Shown here one piece after another: positions 45,214 through 52,918 of a DNA stretch of 52,918 nt; the first letter of the stretch is position 1, and each line of letters begins with the position of its first letter. The translations under genes and the position numbers were made by a program. Origin of the DNA: Patescibacteria group bacterium (GTDB lineage Bacteria; Patescibacteriota; Minisyncoccia; Phycocordibacterales; JACOZG01); the NCBI GenBank assembly GCA_038064935.1, contig JBBTRZ010000017.1, positions 1-52,918 of the forward strand, given 5' to 3'. The notes beneath the pieces are model-generated. The model was not told where the DNA came from. It saw only the letters and a list, made by a program, of their open reading frames with translations, and made no database searches.

Positions 45214-46266
45214 TCAACGACCGATTAAGGTAATAATCATACCCACGACCGCCATAATAATACCGATGATCCAATAACGCATCACCACTTTCGCCGGCGA
45301 CCAGCCCAGGGCTTCGAAATGATGATGGAGTGGCGCGATCCGAAAAATCTTTTTGCCATGACGAAATTTCTTCGAGCCGAGTTGGAGGATATTGACCAGG
45401 ACGGTGACAAAAAGTGGAAAGGCGAGAATCGGTAAAGTTACCACGGACTCGGTGAGGAAGACGACGATGGTGAGGGTGGCCGTCAATCCGAGAATGCCTG
45501 TCTCCGACATGTAGAAGCGCGCGGGTGGAATATTGAACCAGAGGAAGGCGAGAATCGCTCCGGTGATTACAGCGCAAAAGGCCGCGAGATCAATTTGGTT
45601 TTGGAAAAAAGCGATGCCCGCGTAAGCGCCGAAAATAATGGCCATAACCCCGCCGGCCAAACCGTCAATCCCGTCAATCACACTGCTGGTAAAAAGGAAA
45701 ATCATGACGAGAACGAAAAAGGGAATGATGAGCCAACCGATCACGAGCTCACCGCTAAAAGGGATGTCAATCGAGGAGCGGCCGAGCTTAAAATAAAACC
45801 ATAAAGCGCCTAAAAGTCCGAGAAGCGAGACGAGAATGAGTCGCCTGCGGAAGGATAACCCGCCCGATGAACTTTTGATTTCGAGCCAATCGTCAACGAG
45901 ACCGATGAGGGAGGCCGCGATTAGGGTGAAGAACGGCAGCCAAGTCTGATTGCGGCTTAAGAACGAGAGCTTTTCGGTCACTGAAGTCGGGTAGAAATTC
46001 GCGAGGAGGGTGAAAGCGAGCGTGACCAAGGCCGCGCTCACCCAGATAATCACGCCGCCAAAGCGCGGCGTCCCCACTTCGCGCTCGGCGTGCAATTGGT
46101 TGAAAATCGGCGTGGCTCGACCGTCGGGCGCTATTTTACCCGCGCGCTTTTTCCACATTTTGTATTTATACAAATAATGAGTCAGGAGCGGGGTAATCGC
46201 TATGCCGATGAAAAAGGCCGCAGCGCTCGGAGCGAAAACTTTAACGACATCAATAATCATAATCAA
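45214..46266 (-). CDS. mraY: Phospho-N-acetylmuramoyl-pentapeptide transferase
   Basis: 350 aa with GLVDDW, NAxNxxDGxDGL-type SSVIDGIDGLAGG, and APLHHHFE. Confidence 0.93.
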   Translation of the reverse strand: MIMIIDVVKVFAPSAAAFFIGIAITPLLTHYLYKYKMWKKRAGKIAPDGRATPIFNQLHAEREVGTPRFGGVIIWVSAALVTLAFTLLANFYPTSVTEKLSFLSRNQTWLPFFTLIAASLIGLVDDWLEIKSSSGGLSFRRRLILVSLLGLLGALWFYFKLGRSSIDIPFSGELVIGWLIIPFFVLVMIFLFTSSVIDGIDGLAGGVMAIIFGAYAGIAFFQNQIDLAAFCAVITGAILAFLWFNIPPARFYMSETGILGLTATLTIVVFLTESVVTLPILAFPLFVTVLVNILQLGSKKFRHGKKIFRIAPLHHHFEALGWSPAKVVMRYWIIGIIMAVVGMIITLIGR

Positions 46267-47126
46267 GCGGGTGGAAGGAAAGACTTGATCGTCGTCTCGA
46301 CCAATTGTTTGATGTCGTGAAAACGGCCCTGTTCGCTGGAGCCCAAGACAACCATAACGACCGGTTGATTGAGCCCGCGGTCGAAGGCAATGACTAGACT
46401 CCCCTCGGCAATATCGGTGAAGCCGGTTTTCGAGCCCAAGAGCCCCGGCAGATCACGCACAATCTCATTGGTGTTTTGAAAACGATGTCGCAGACCCTCG
46501 ATTGTCCCCGTCTCAATTTCGGCCAATCGGGTGGCGGCGAGAAGTTCCGGACGAACGGTGAGGATGTGAGTGAAGAGGCGGGCGATGTCATAAGCCGAGC
46601 TGTATGACCCCGCCTCACCACCCTCAAGATCGAGACCGGTCGGGTTGGTAAAAGTGGTCTGATTAAGGCCGAGGGAATGGGCTTGTGTGTTCATCTCGGC
46701 GACCAGATCGCGACCGAGATTATCGGCCGTCGCCGAAGCGAGAGCCAGCGCGCCGGGGTTCGAAGAACTCACGAGGGTCAAAGCAACCAAATCTTTCAGC
46801 CGGTAGTGGCGAGCGGCGAGCGGGACAACCGTTGAGTCGGGGAGAAGTTCGGTGGCGGTAAGCGCCGTCATCAATTTCGTCATCGAAGCGATCGGTAGGC
46901 GTTCGTGCTCCGCTTTGGCGTAAAGTATCCGACCGGTATCGGGTTCATAGACCAAAGCCGCCTTCGCTTCCAGCTTTAGCCCGGCGAAAGGATTAATGAC
47001 GGCCACCCGCCACGGCAATTCACTCTCCGGAGTCGTAATCATCATTTGAGATTTGAGACCAATCACACTCGCAGTTAAAGCGACTAGCCCCACGAGAAAT
47101 TGGATTAGAGGAGAAATCGGCTTCAT
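46263..47126 (-). CDS. D-alanyl-D-alanine carboxypeptidase (peptidase S11)
   Basis: 287 aa with a signal anchor and the motifs SxxK (ASMTK), SxN (SSSN) and KTG (SKTGFT). Confidence 0.88.
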   Translation of the reverse strand: MKPISPLIQFLVGLVALTASVIGLKSQMMITTPESELPWRVAVINPFAGLKLEAKAALVYEPDTGRILYAKAEHERLPIASMTKLMTALTATELLPDSTVVPLAARHYRLKDLVALTLVSSSNPGALALASATADNLGRDLVAEMNTQAHSLGLNQTTFTNPTGLDLEGGEAGSYSSAYDIARLFTHILTVRPELLAATRLAEIETGTIEGLRHRFQNTNEIVRDLPGLLGSKTGFTDIAEGSLVIAFDRGLNQPVVMVVLGSSEQGRFHDIKQLVETTIKSFLPPA

Positions 47127-47650
47127 GGCGGACTAACTAGGGAAGTGAGTTCAGTCTTCACCCGCTCGTAATCGGGAAGGTTGGTTAATTCTCTCACGCC
47201 GAGCCAGCCGAGCAGTTCGAAGGTCGGTCGGTAAAGGAAGCTCCGGGAATCGGTCGGATTCGGAATTTTATCCACCAGACCGCGGACCAATAAATTCCGC
47301 AGGATGAAACTCGAGTTAACGCCGCGGATATAGTCAATCTCGGCCCTAGACACCTCGCCCCGATAGAGCACCACGGTCAAGGTTTCAAGGCCGGCCCGCC
47401 CAAGATCGCGCGCTAATTCCTCTTTAGTCAATCGCTCGATGAGGGTACCGGCAGCCGGGACAGTCCCAAGCATCACGGCATCACCAGTTCGCACGAGAGT
47501 GAGGCCGCGATCAACCAATCGAGCAGAGAGCGTTTCCAATCCTTGAATAATCTCGGCTTCGCTCTGCGCGAAAGACCGCGCCAAGTCGGCGACCGTCGTT
47601 GGGGCCGCCTGCCAAAAAAGTATGGCTTCAATTTGCGCCGCTAAATCCAT
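47123..47650 (-). CDS. scpB: Segregation and condensation protein B
   Basis: 175 aa with EAILFWQAAPTTVADLA and two winged-helix repeats. Confidence 0.88.
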   Translation of the reverse strand: MDLAAQIEAILFWQAAPTTVADLARSFAQSEAEIIQGLETLSARLVDRGLTLVRTGDAVMLGTVPAAGTLIERLTKEELARDLGRAGLETLTVVLYRGEVSRAEIDYIRGVNSSFILRNLLVRGLVDKIPNPTDSRSFLYRPTFELLGWLGVRELTNLPDYERVKTELTSLVSPP

Positions 47651-47689
47651 AATACTAGTGGGATAAATTATAACCTTAAAGACGACTAA

Positions 47690-48451
47690 TTAGCCATAGC
47701 GCGGGGTCTTCGAATCTTTAGTCTCAATTCTAATCTCCGCGAAGTGCTCGGATTGAATGACGGTCACTAGACCCTGCTTGAAGAGTTCGAGGAGAGCGAG
47801 GAAACTCACAATCACATTCACTTTCTCGCGTTTATCTTTAACGAAATCACTGAAGCTCATGGTGAGCGCCGACTGGATGCGGCGCGTGAGATCGCCAATC
47901 ACCTGCTCAATACTCACTAGGCGCTTGACCGTCTTCTCGGGCAGAACTTCGAGCTGGGGCAAATCGCGGAGAAGTCGCTGCATCGTTACTTGGACGCCCG
48001 GCAAAGTGATCTCGGCGGTCGGCGAGAAGACGGGATTAAGTACTCTCGCCCGCGGATCGCGATAGAAAATCGGCGTCTCGGCGAGCGCCGCCTTGAGAAG
48101 CGGCAGGGTGTCCTTCACCACTTGATAGAGCTTGAGGCGGCGTTCAAGATCGCTAATTTCACCCTGCTCTTCGTCGGTCACCGCAAGCGTCGGGAGAAGC
48201 GAGACCGACTTGATGAGAATTAAGGTCGAAGCGACGACCACAAAGTTGCCGAGGATGGCCATCCCCGCTTGCCCGTCCGATCGGCGAGATCCTGGCAACT
48301 TTCTCAAATATTCGAGGAAACTATCCGCGACCGCAGCGAGCGACACTTGATTGATCCCCAACTCCCTCGCCTCGACCAACTCGAGCAATACCTCCAGTGG
48401 CCCCTCAAACTCCCCCACCTTGACTGCAAAAATATCAACCACCATAGTCAC
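47690..48451 (-). CDS. scpA: Segregation and condensation protein A
   Basis: 253 aa with FEGPLEVLLELVE, ILIKSVSLLP, and the C-terminal block VSFLALLELFKQG. Confidence 0.88.
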   Translation of the reverse strand: MTMVVDIFAVKVGEFEGPLEVLLELVEARELGINQVSLAAVADSFLEYLRKLPGSRRSDGQAGMAILGNFVVVASTLILIKSVSLLPTLAVTDEEQGEISDLERRLKLYQVVKDTLPLLKAALAETPIFYRDPRARVLNPVFSPTAEITLPGVQVTMQRLLRDLPQLEVLPEKTVKRLVSIEQVIGDLTRRIQSALTMSFSDFVKDKREKVNVIVSFLALLELFKQGLVTVIQSEHFAEIRIETKDSKTPRYG

Positions 48452-48484
48452 TAAATCTTACTCGACTTGACACCCAGCCGATAC

Positions 48485-48513
48485 TTGACAAGAATACAGT
48501 TTGGGTGTACAAT
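48485..48513 (+). promoter_or_regulatory. Near-consensus sigma70 promoter (TTGACA, 17 nt, TACAAT) of the plus-strand cassette
   Basis: TTGACA at 48485-48490, a 17-nt spacer, and TACAAT at 48508-48513. A second TTGACA lies 18 nt upstream. Confidence 0.6.
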
Positions 48514-48581
48514 CAAGAGTAGGAGGTAGCGTTGTGTTTTTGATTGACAATTTGCGTTGTTTAACAGAAAGGGAGGTGTCT

Positions 48582-49028
48582 ATGTCGCATTTAGGAGTTG
48601 GCTATACCGGGCACCTCTTTGAAGAAGAAGTGCTGGGAACGGGTTGGGCTAGTTGGGATCTTAGGAATTATGTCCCGTTTGATGAGGCCCTAACATTGGT
48701 TAGGAGTCACCAAAACTGGAATCCGAGTGATCCAACTACTCGTCGAGCCAACGATCTCCATGCTGAAGTGGCCTTAGCCCTCGAGCTCGAGAATTGGCAA
48801 GAGCTTTGTTTTTTCTCCGCTCTCAAGTCACCGTTGGATTTTTTCCACGGGGTAGATGGATTCTTCGAATTTCGTGGTCGGGTAGTGACGATTGATTTGA
48901 CCACGAATCCCCACAAGGACCGGGCCAAAGCACGCTTCGTTCTCCACCCGGCTGATTTGGCAGAAGACCGACCGGCGACGGCGAAAATGATCGCCCGGGC
49001 TCTATTAGCCGAGAGGAGGAGCGCTTGA
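48582..49028 (+). CDS. Hypothetical protein (cassette gene 1)
   Basis: 148 aa from ATG 48582, preceded by GGGAGGTG 5 nt upstream. An alternative in-frame GTG at 48534 is preceded by AGGAGG at 48521-48526. I recognise no family. Confidence 0.6.
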   Translation: MSHLGVGYTGHLFEEEVLGTGWASWDLRNYVPFDEALTLVRSHQNWNPSDPTTRRANDLHAEVALALELENWQELCFFSALKSPLDFFHGVDGFFEFRGRVVTIDLTTNPHKDRAKARFVLHPADLAEDRPATAKMIARALLAERRSA

Positions 49029-49243
49029 GTTACTTCTTCTCCTGCAATAGTTGTGGTAAATACCGAGTGGTGAAAGAAACTTTTTTTAACTTCCTTCCAC
49101 CCCACCTTCATCGTAAAATTGAGGCGGAAAATCAGAAGGAGGGAAGGAAAAAGTTCACCATTGTATTTCGCAAGGCCTGTCCTCGTTGTGAACCAAAGGG
49201 TAAAAGTGAGTTCGTCTTGAAGATTAGGAGGTACAAACAATAA
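49025..49243 (+). CDS. Small zinc-ribbon protein (CxxC...CxxC), cassette gene 2
   Basis: 72 aa with a TTG start overlapping the gene-1 stop (TTGA) and AGGAGG 5 nt upstream. The Cys pairs are CNSC and CPRC; the C-terminus is basic. Confidence 0.55.
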   Translation: MSYFFSCNSCGKYRVVKETFFNFLPPHLHRKIEAENQKEGRKKFTIVFRKACPRCEPKGKSEFVLKIRRYKQ

Positions 49244-49365
49244 GAGTTTGGGAGGGTCTCTAAAACCTCCCCTGATACTCAAGTGTGTACTTGGGCTGAC
49301 GATCTCAAAAGAGTGAAATCAGAAATTGATCTTTAAAAAACTAAAATCTGAAAGGAGTATTTATC

Positions 49366-49794
49366 GTGACACTTATGACCGTCCAACTCACGATTACGCC
49401 CAGTCGATATATGGATCATGCACTTACTGCATCATGGCGAGTGCCACACATCCCAACACTGGGTAGTCAAGTAGCAATGGTTTGGAATGGTGGAGAAGGT
49501 AAACCGAACGCCATTCATTTGCCAGTGATTAGCGTGATCTACTACGCCTTCTCTGACCTGTCTCAACCAGTTTCGCCTCGAGATCTCGATGAACCGAGTG
49601 GATTCAAGGTACAAGTTTATCTCGATGGCCACTCTCTTGAACCAGAAGACGAGGATCTTATTTTTGGCACTGGTAACACCCTTGGTTTAGGACCTTGGAG
49701 AGAAATTCCGAAAAAGGATTTCACGCGACCACCTGAATCGAGAATTTCGAGAGCCACTAAGAAGCGTATGTATTCCCCTATCAAAAGCACCTGA
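49366..49794 (+). CDS. Hypothetical protein (cassette gene 3)
   Basis: 142 aa from GTG 49366 with AAGGAG 8 nt upstream (ATG 49375 is an alternative). I recognise no family. Confidence 0.6.
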   Translation: MTLMTVQLTITPSRYMDHALTASWRVPHIPTLGSQVAMVWNGGEGKPNAIHLPVISVIYYAFSDLSQPVSPRDLDEPSGFKVQVYLDGHSLEPEDEDLIFGTGNTLGLGPWREIPKKDFTRPPESRISRATKKRMYSPIKST

Positions 49795-49837
49795 AAAACA
49801 GCGATGATCGGTCGTCAATGATCTTCATACGCTGACA

Positions 49838-49878
49838 AAGCGCAGTGGCCTTCCGGCTTCTGCGCTTTTTCTTTTTTG
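49838..49878 (+). terminator. Rho-independent terminator of the cassette
   Basis: AAGCGCAG, a 14-nt loop, CTGCGCTT, followed by TTTCTTTTTTG. Confidence 0.7.
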
Positions 49879-50022
49879 CGACCCGTACCAACTAACTGCT
49901 ATCGCTACTACTTGGAACATTCAAATTACTAATTTAGGAAATAATTTTTATTTTTAATTCTTTGAGTTGGTCGGGGGTGGCGGGAGCGAATAGAAATAAG
50001 GGGATTTTAGAAGTTCAATGAA

Positions 50023-50877
50023 TCACTTAAACAACTCCTTAAACTCCGGAGATGATTCAGCCACTTCTTTCCAGAGAGAATATTCGGAGCCGTTCCATTT
50101 GAAAATCTTGGCGATCTTTTTTCCTTCAGACTGTTCATAGCCGACAATGATATCTTGAATTTTATCGGCATCAATGTCTTTCATGAAAGTCAGTTCAGCA
50201 GAACCGACAAGTTCAGTTAGAAGATAAGTGTCTGTCGAATCTTTTTGAAGCGGCGAAATGCGCTTGAATGTATTTCCTACAAATTTATAAATATAAAAGG
50301 CATTGGTTCTGCCTGTAACACTTAGATCACCTTCCCAAACAATCTCATCAACTTCGTCGTTGTTAATATCTTCAAAACGCGGCTTGCCATTATTATTCGT
50401 TTCTTCTTTACTCTCCCAAAACAATGTGGGTCGATTACCAAGCAATTTAAACACCATGAACCCCGCTGGTTTATACGGATGATTTTCATCTTGGAATTTT
50501 TCCTCTCCATACCAAGATAAAGTGTAAATATCGCCGTTTATCTTTGTCTCTGGTAATCCACTTAACATATCATTTTGAATGACTGGACTATAGATAAACA
50601 TTATTATTGTGACCCACACTATTCCTAAAATAACATTTGAAAGTTGTATCAGCCAGTAATATTTATGTTTTTCATTAACATCCCAAAACACCCATTCCCA
50701 AAACTTATAAACAATATGGCCAAATATTCCGAAAGCAAAAGTTATCAAACCATAATAAATATAATAATCATTATAAGCTAAACTGAAAACTGCAAAAGCC
50801 CCACCCATAAGTGAGACATTGAGATGCCAAGTAAGATTGTGGAGGATTGTACTGATAAAAGCAATGAATTCAGCCAT
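50023..50877 (-). CDS. Membrane-anchored protein with FG-GAP/VCBS-like DxDxD loops (paralogue 1)
   Basis: 284 aa with four N-terminal TM helices. It has DINNDEVDEIVW and DIDADKIQDIIVGY and ends FKWNGSEYSLWKE. The gene is AT-rich. Confidence 0.65.
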   Translation of the reverse strand: MAEFIAFISTILHNLTWHLNVSLMGGAFAVFSLAYNDYYIYYGLITFAFGIFGHIVYKFWEWVFWDVNEKHKYYWLIQLSNVILGIVWVTIIMFIYSPVIQNDMLSGLPETKINGDIYTLSWYGEEKFQDENHPYKPAGFMVFKLLGNRPTLFWESKEETNNNGKPRFEDINNDEVDEIVWEGDLSVTGRTNAFYIYKFVGNTFKRISPLQKDSTDTYLLTELVGSAELTFMKDIDADKIQDIIVGYEQSEGKKIAKIFKWNGSEYSLWKEVAESSPEFKELFK

Positions 50878-50963
50878 TTTTTCTGTTATTAGACGATATT
50901 AGATTTATATGGCAACAAAAGCAAGCTGACTAGAATTTAAAAGTGTTAATAATTTTCTGGTGG

Positions 50964-51806
50964 TTATAAAATATTTATCACAGAATATTCATCCTCCCAT
51001 TCTCTGGGAGTAAATGATTGTTTCTGTTCTTTCCAAAGATAGTATTCGGAGCCGTTCCATTTGTAGGCCTGATAAACTTTCTTACTAATTACATCCAGTC
51101 TATTTTCTGCAAGTCCAAGAATAATATTATAAGGTTGAACGATCTCTGGAATACCGTCTTTATCTACATCAAAAATTTTTGTCATGCTTTCTTCTCCACC
51201 GAAGGCAAGTTCTTTGGAAATAATACCATCAGGTCGTTTATGATCGTAATAAGCACTAATCATATTAAACCCAACGCCATTCCACTTATAAATATATAAA
51301 GCTTCGCCCTGGTCGTTATCCCATAGAGCAAGAATTTCATTTGTTTTATCACCAGTTACATCATACATACCAACTTTTACCCTCGGATCAGAAATATGCT
51401 CCTTGCTCTCCCAGATAAGATCAATCTGACCTGATTCTCGATCTTTAAAGACTAAAATTCCTTGTTGTTGTCTTCGGATAGCTACATCATCTGATTGAAT
51501 ATTTTTAAGGTTAATTTGGTAATAAGTAATGATGAGATCTTTCTGTCCACCATTAGTTAAAGAAAATCTTCGATAATCTTTCCCTTTTGTGTTAAGTACA
51601 TGATCAATCCGAATTTGTCTATCCATTAGTCCACTCGCGTCAAATTCTCTCACCGTAGGGGTCGAGGTCGTGGTTGATGTTACTGTCTGGTGGTCTTGCT
51701 GTTTGTTCGGATTTTGTTTTTTAGAATCAGATAAAAAATTAATAGCCACAACTAAAATTATTAGTATTCCTAAAAACACAACGATTTTAATTATATTTTT
51801 TGACAT
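50964..51806 (-). CDS. Signal-anchored protein with FG-GAP/VCBS-like DxDxD loops (paralogue 2)
   Basis: 280 aa with one N-terminal TM helix. It has YDVTGDKTNEILALW and FDVDKDGIPEIVQPY and ends YKWNGSEYYLWKE. It is collinear with 50023..50877. Confidence 0.65.
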   Translation of the reverse strand: MSKNIIKIVVFLGILIILVVAINFLSDSKKQNPNKQQDHQTVTSTTTSTPTVREFDASGLMDRQIRIDHVLNTKGKDYRRFSLTNGGQKDLIITYYQINLKNIQSDDVAIRRQQQGILVFKDRESGQIDLIWESKEHISDPRVKVGMYDVTGDKTNEILALWDNDQGEALYIYKWNGVGFNMISAYYDHKRPDGIISKELAFGGEESMTKIFDVDKDGIPEIVQPYNIILGLAENRLDVISKKVYQAYKWNGSEYYLWKEQKQSFTPREWEDEYSVINIL

Positions 51807-51812
51807 AATATT

Positions 51813-52918
51813 TTATTCAATAATCTCTTTGAAAATTCCGTTTCCATTGTTCCATTTAAGAATTACGGCATCTGCATAATTTTCAGCTCCTCGTCCAACA
51901 CCATTATACTTTCTTAACGCTGTCCACCAATCATGGCCATTTTCATCATATTGTAACTTTAAATATCCGGCTCCCACCTTAATGCTAAAATCCGGATCAA
52001 ACAATTGAGTAACGGGGACTGCATCCTGGGGTCGTTCATCTGGATGATTGGCAGAGCGTTTTTTCTCAAGATTTAATCTAACCATTCTTGTGAGAGCTGT
52101 CTCATACATAGCCTGTAATACTCCATAACTTGAAGCCACAACAAGTTGGGCGGTAAAATTCCAATTTTCACCCGGATCCTTGTATCGAATCCACACTCGG
52201 TCAGGATTTTTATTTAATAATTCTTGGGCTGTAAGATTTCCATCTGTATCCCCACTTGTGTCCAAACCATTAGGATACCCACTCATGTGCCTACTCCATC
52301 CAAAATAAACATCCTGGGATGGAAGTTGATCCCCCTGTTCTACTGTGCCATGAAGAGCGGTACCGCCAATCGCAATGTGTCTGTCAGGATGCCTTTTTAT
52401 TCGACTAGATGCATCAGTAGTCGAAGCTGAATACCAATCATAATCCTTGTGGGCCTCGTAACGATAAGCACGCTGGTCGAAAATCCTCCCTTGATCAGGA
52501 GATCCATCTACACAACAAGATTCCTGAAGGGCCATTGATTTTAGAAGATCCGGCGGGATGCCGTATTGTTTACCGTATTTGAAAAATAGATGATCGAAGC
52601 CGGGGAATCGTCGGCCTAATTTTCTTTCCTTAATCCGAATCTGCACGGTGGCGGTGGTCAAATAACCGGATTGAAGAATATTGATTCCAGTTCTCGCATT
52701 GGTGGTGCGGAGCCACAAATCTTCAGTCCAATCAATGCCGAAAAATTGCTCGTGATATTTAGCGATCCAGTGAATACGATCGCCCTTGATGTGAATTGAA
52801 TCGGGCAGTGGCGAAACTATCTCAGCCGTAAGTCCAGGCACATGCGCCAAGGTTCTAAAGAAGTTCCTCAACCCATTCGGCCAACTTTCCACCACCGTGT
52901 AGCCACCGTTCAAACCTT
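51813..52918 (-). CDS. Lytic transglycosylase (SLT-domain)-like protein, 5' end outside the window
   Basis: The frame is open to the window edge (the first in-window start is TTG at 52913). It has IPPDLLKSMALQESC (catalytic Glu-Ser) and AGYLKLQY...ALRKYNGVG. Confidence 0.6.
   Translation of the reverse strand, partial: GLNGGYTVVESWPNGLRNFFRTLAHVPGLTAEIVSPLPDSIHIKGDRIHWIAKYHEQFFGIDWTEDLWLRTTNARTGINILQSGYLTTATVQIRIKERKLGRRFPGFDHLFFKYGKQYGIPPDLLKSMALQESCCVDGSPDQGRIFDQRAYRYEAHKDYDWYSASTTDASSRIKRHPDRHIAIGGTALHGTVEQGDQLPSQDVYFGWSRHMSGYPNGLDTSGDTDGNLTAQELLNKNPDRVWIRYKDPGENWNFTAQLVVASSYGVLQAMYETALTRMVRLNLEKKRSANHPDERPQDAVPVTQLFDPDFSIKVGAGYLKLQYDENGHDWWTALRKYNGVGRGAENYADAVILKWNNGNGIFKEIIE

Noticed and set aside
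44375-45577. Several 60-150-aa ORFs on both strands over ftsW and mraY
   Set aside because: They are shadow frames of polytopic membrane-protein genes, and their translations are Arg/Ser/Pro-rich.

Overview
This is a 52.9-kb, very gene-dense chromosomal segment. The gene content and architecture suggest a small-genome Patescibacteria/CPR-like bacterium using the standard genetic code; this is inference only. The supporting traits are compact obg, valS, secA, uvrB, tgt, dnaX and holB, a type IV pilin next to very large surface proteins, a GH15/GH57/glycosyltransferase cluster, a tRNA-Gln without encoded CCA, and almost no Shine-Dalgarno sequences. Every credible gene between 3.6 and 48.5 kb lies on the minus strand. 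Housekeeping blocks, in order: obg; RHH antitoxin / RelE-type toxin (interrupted) / valS; secA; an ABC1-kinase operon; tRNA-binding protein, epimerase, pgsA-like, htpX; DUF2207 and LemA; DUF3999-like and DUF2339-like; uvrB; tgt; the GH15/GH57/GT cluster; tRNA-Gln; dnaX, dus, rseP, frr; holB, murG, ftsW, mraY, DD-carboxypeptidase, scpB, scpA. Visibly AT-richer islets carry accessory genes: an AAA/DUF4143 ATPase, a beta-helix protein, a HepT/MntA pair, a RelE/antitoxin pair, hypothetical membrane proteins, and two paralogous FG-GAP-like proteins plus a lytic transglycosylase. Four observations stand out. (1) Short GC-rich, strongly hairpin-forming elements sit in frame inside coding genes. Two related 71-nt three-hairpin copies lie in opposite orientation in a hypothetical gene and in uvrB and show a compensatory stem substitution. 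An 85-bp element in tgt has 20-bp terminal inverted repeats, a possible 5-bp target duplication and a net 90-bp (30-codon) insertion. Smaller candidates occur in dus, secA and valS. (2) A self-contained plus-strand three-gene cassette (48.5-49.9 kb) has a consensus promoter, strong Shine-Dalgarno sites and a terminator, and encodes three proteins I cannot assign to any family. (3) Two paralogous roughly 50-aa membrane proteins bracket the ABC1/UbiB-like kinase gene; one is missing from the ORF track. (4) A RelE/ParE toxin directly upstream of, and overlapping, valS carries an in-frame TAG at a conserved Tyr codon. No rRNA, CRISPR array, transposase or integrase was seen.
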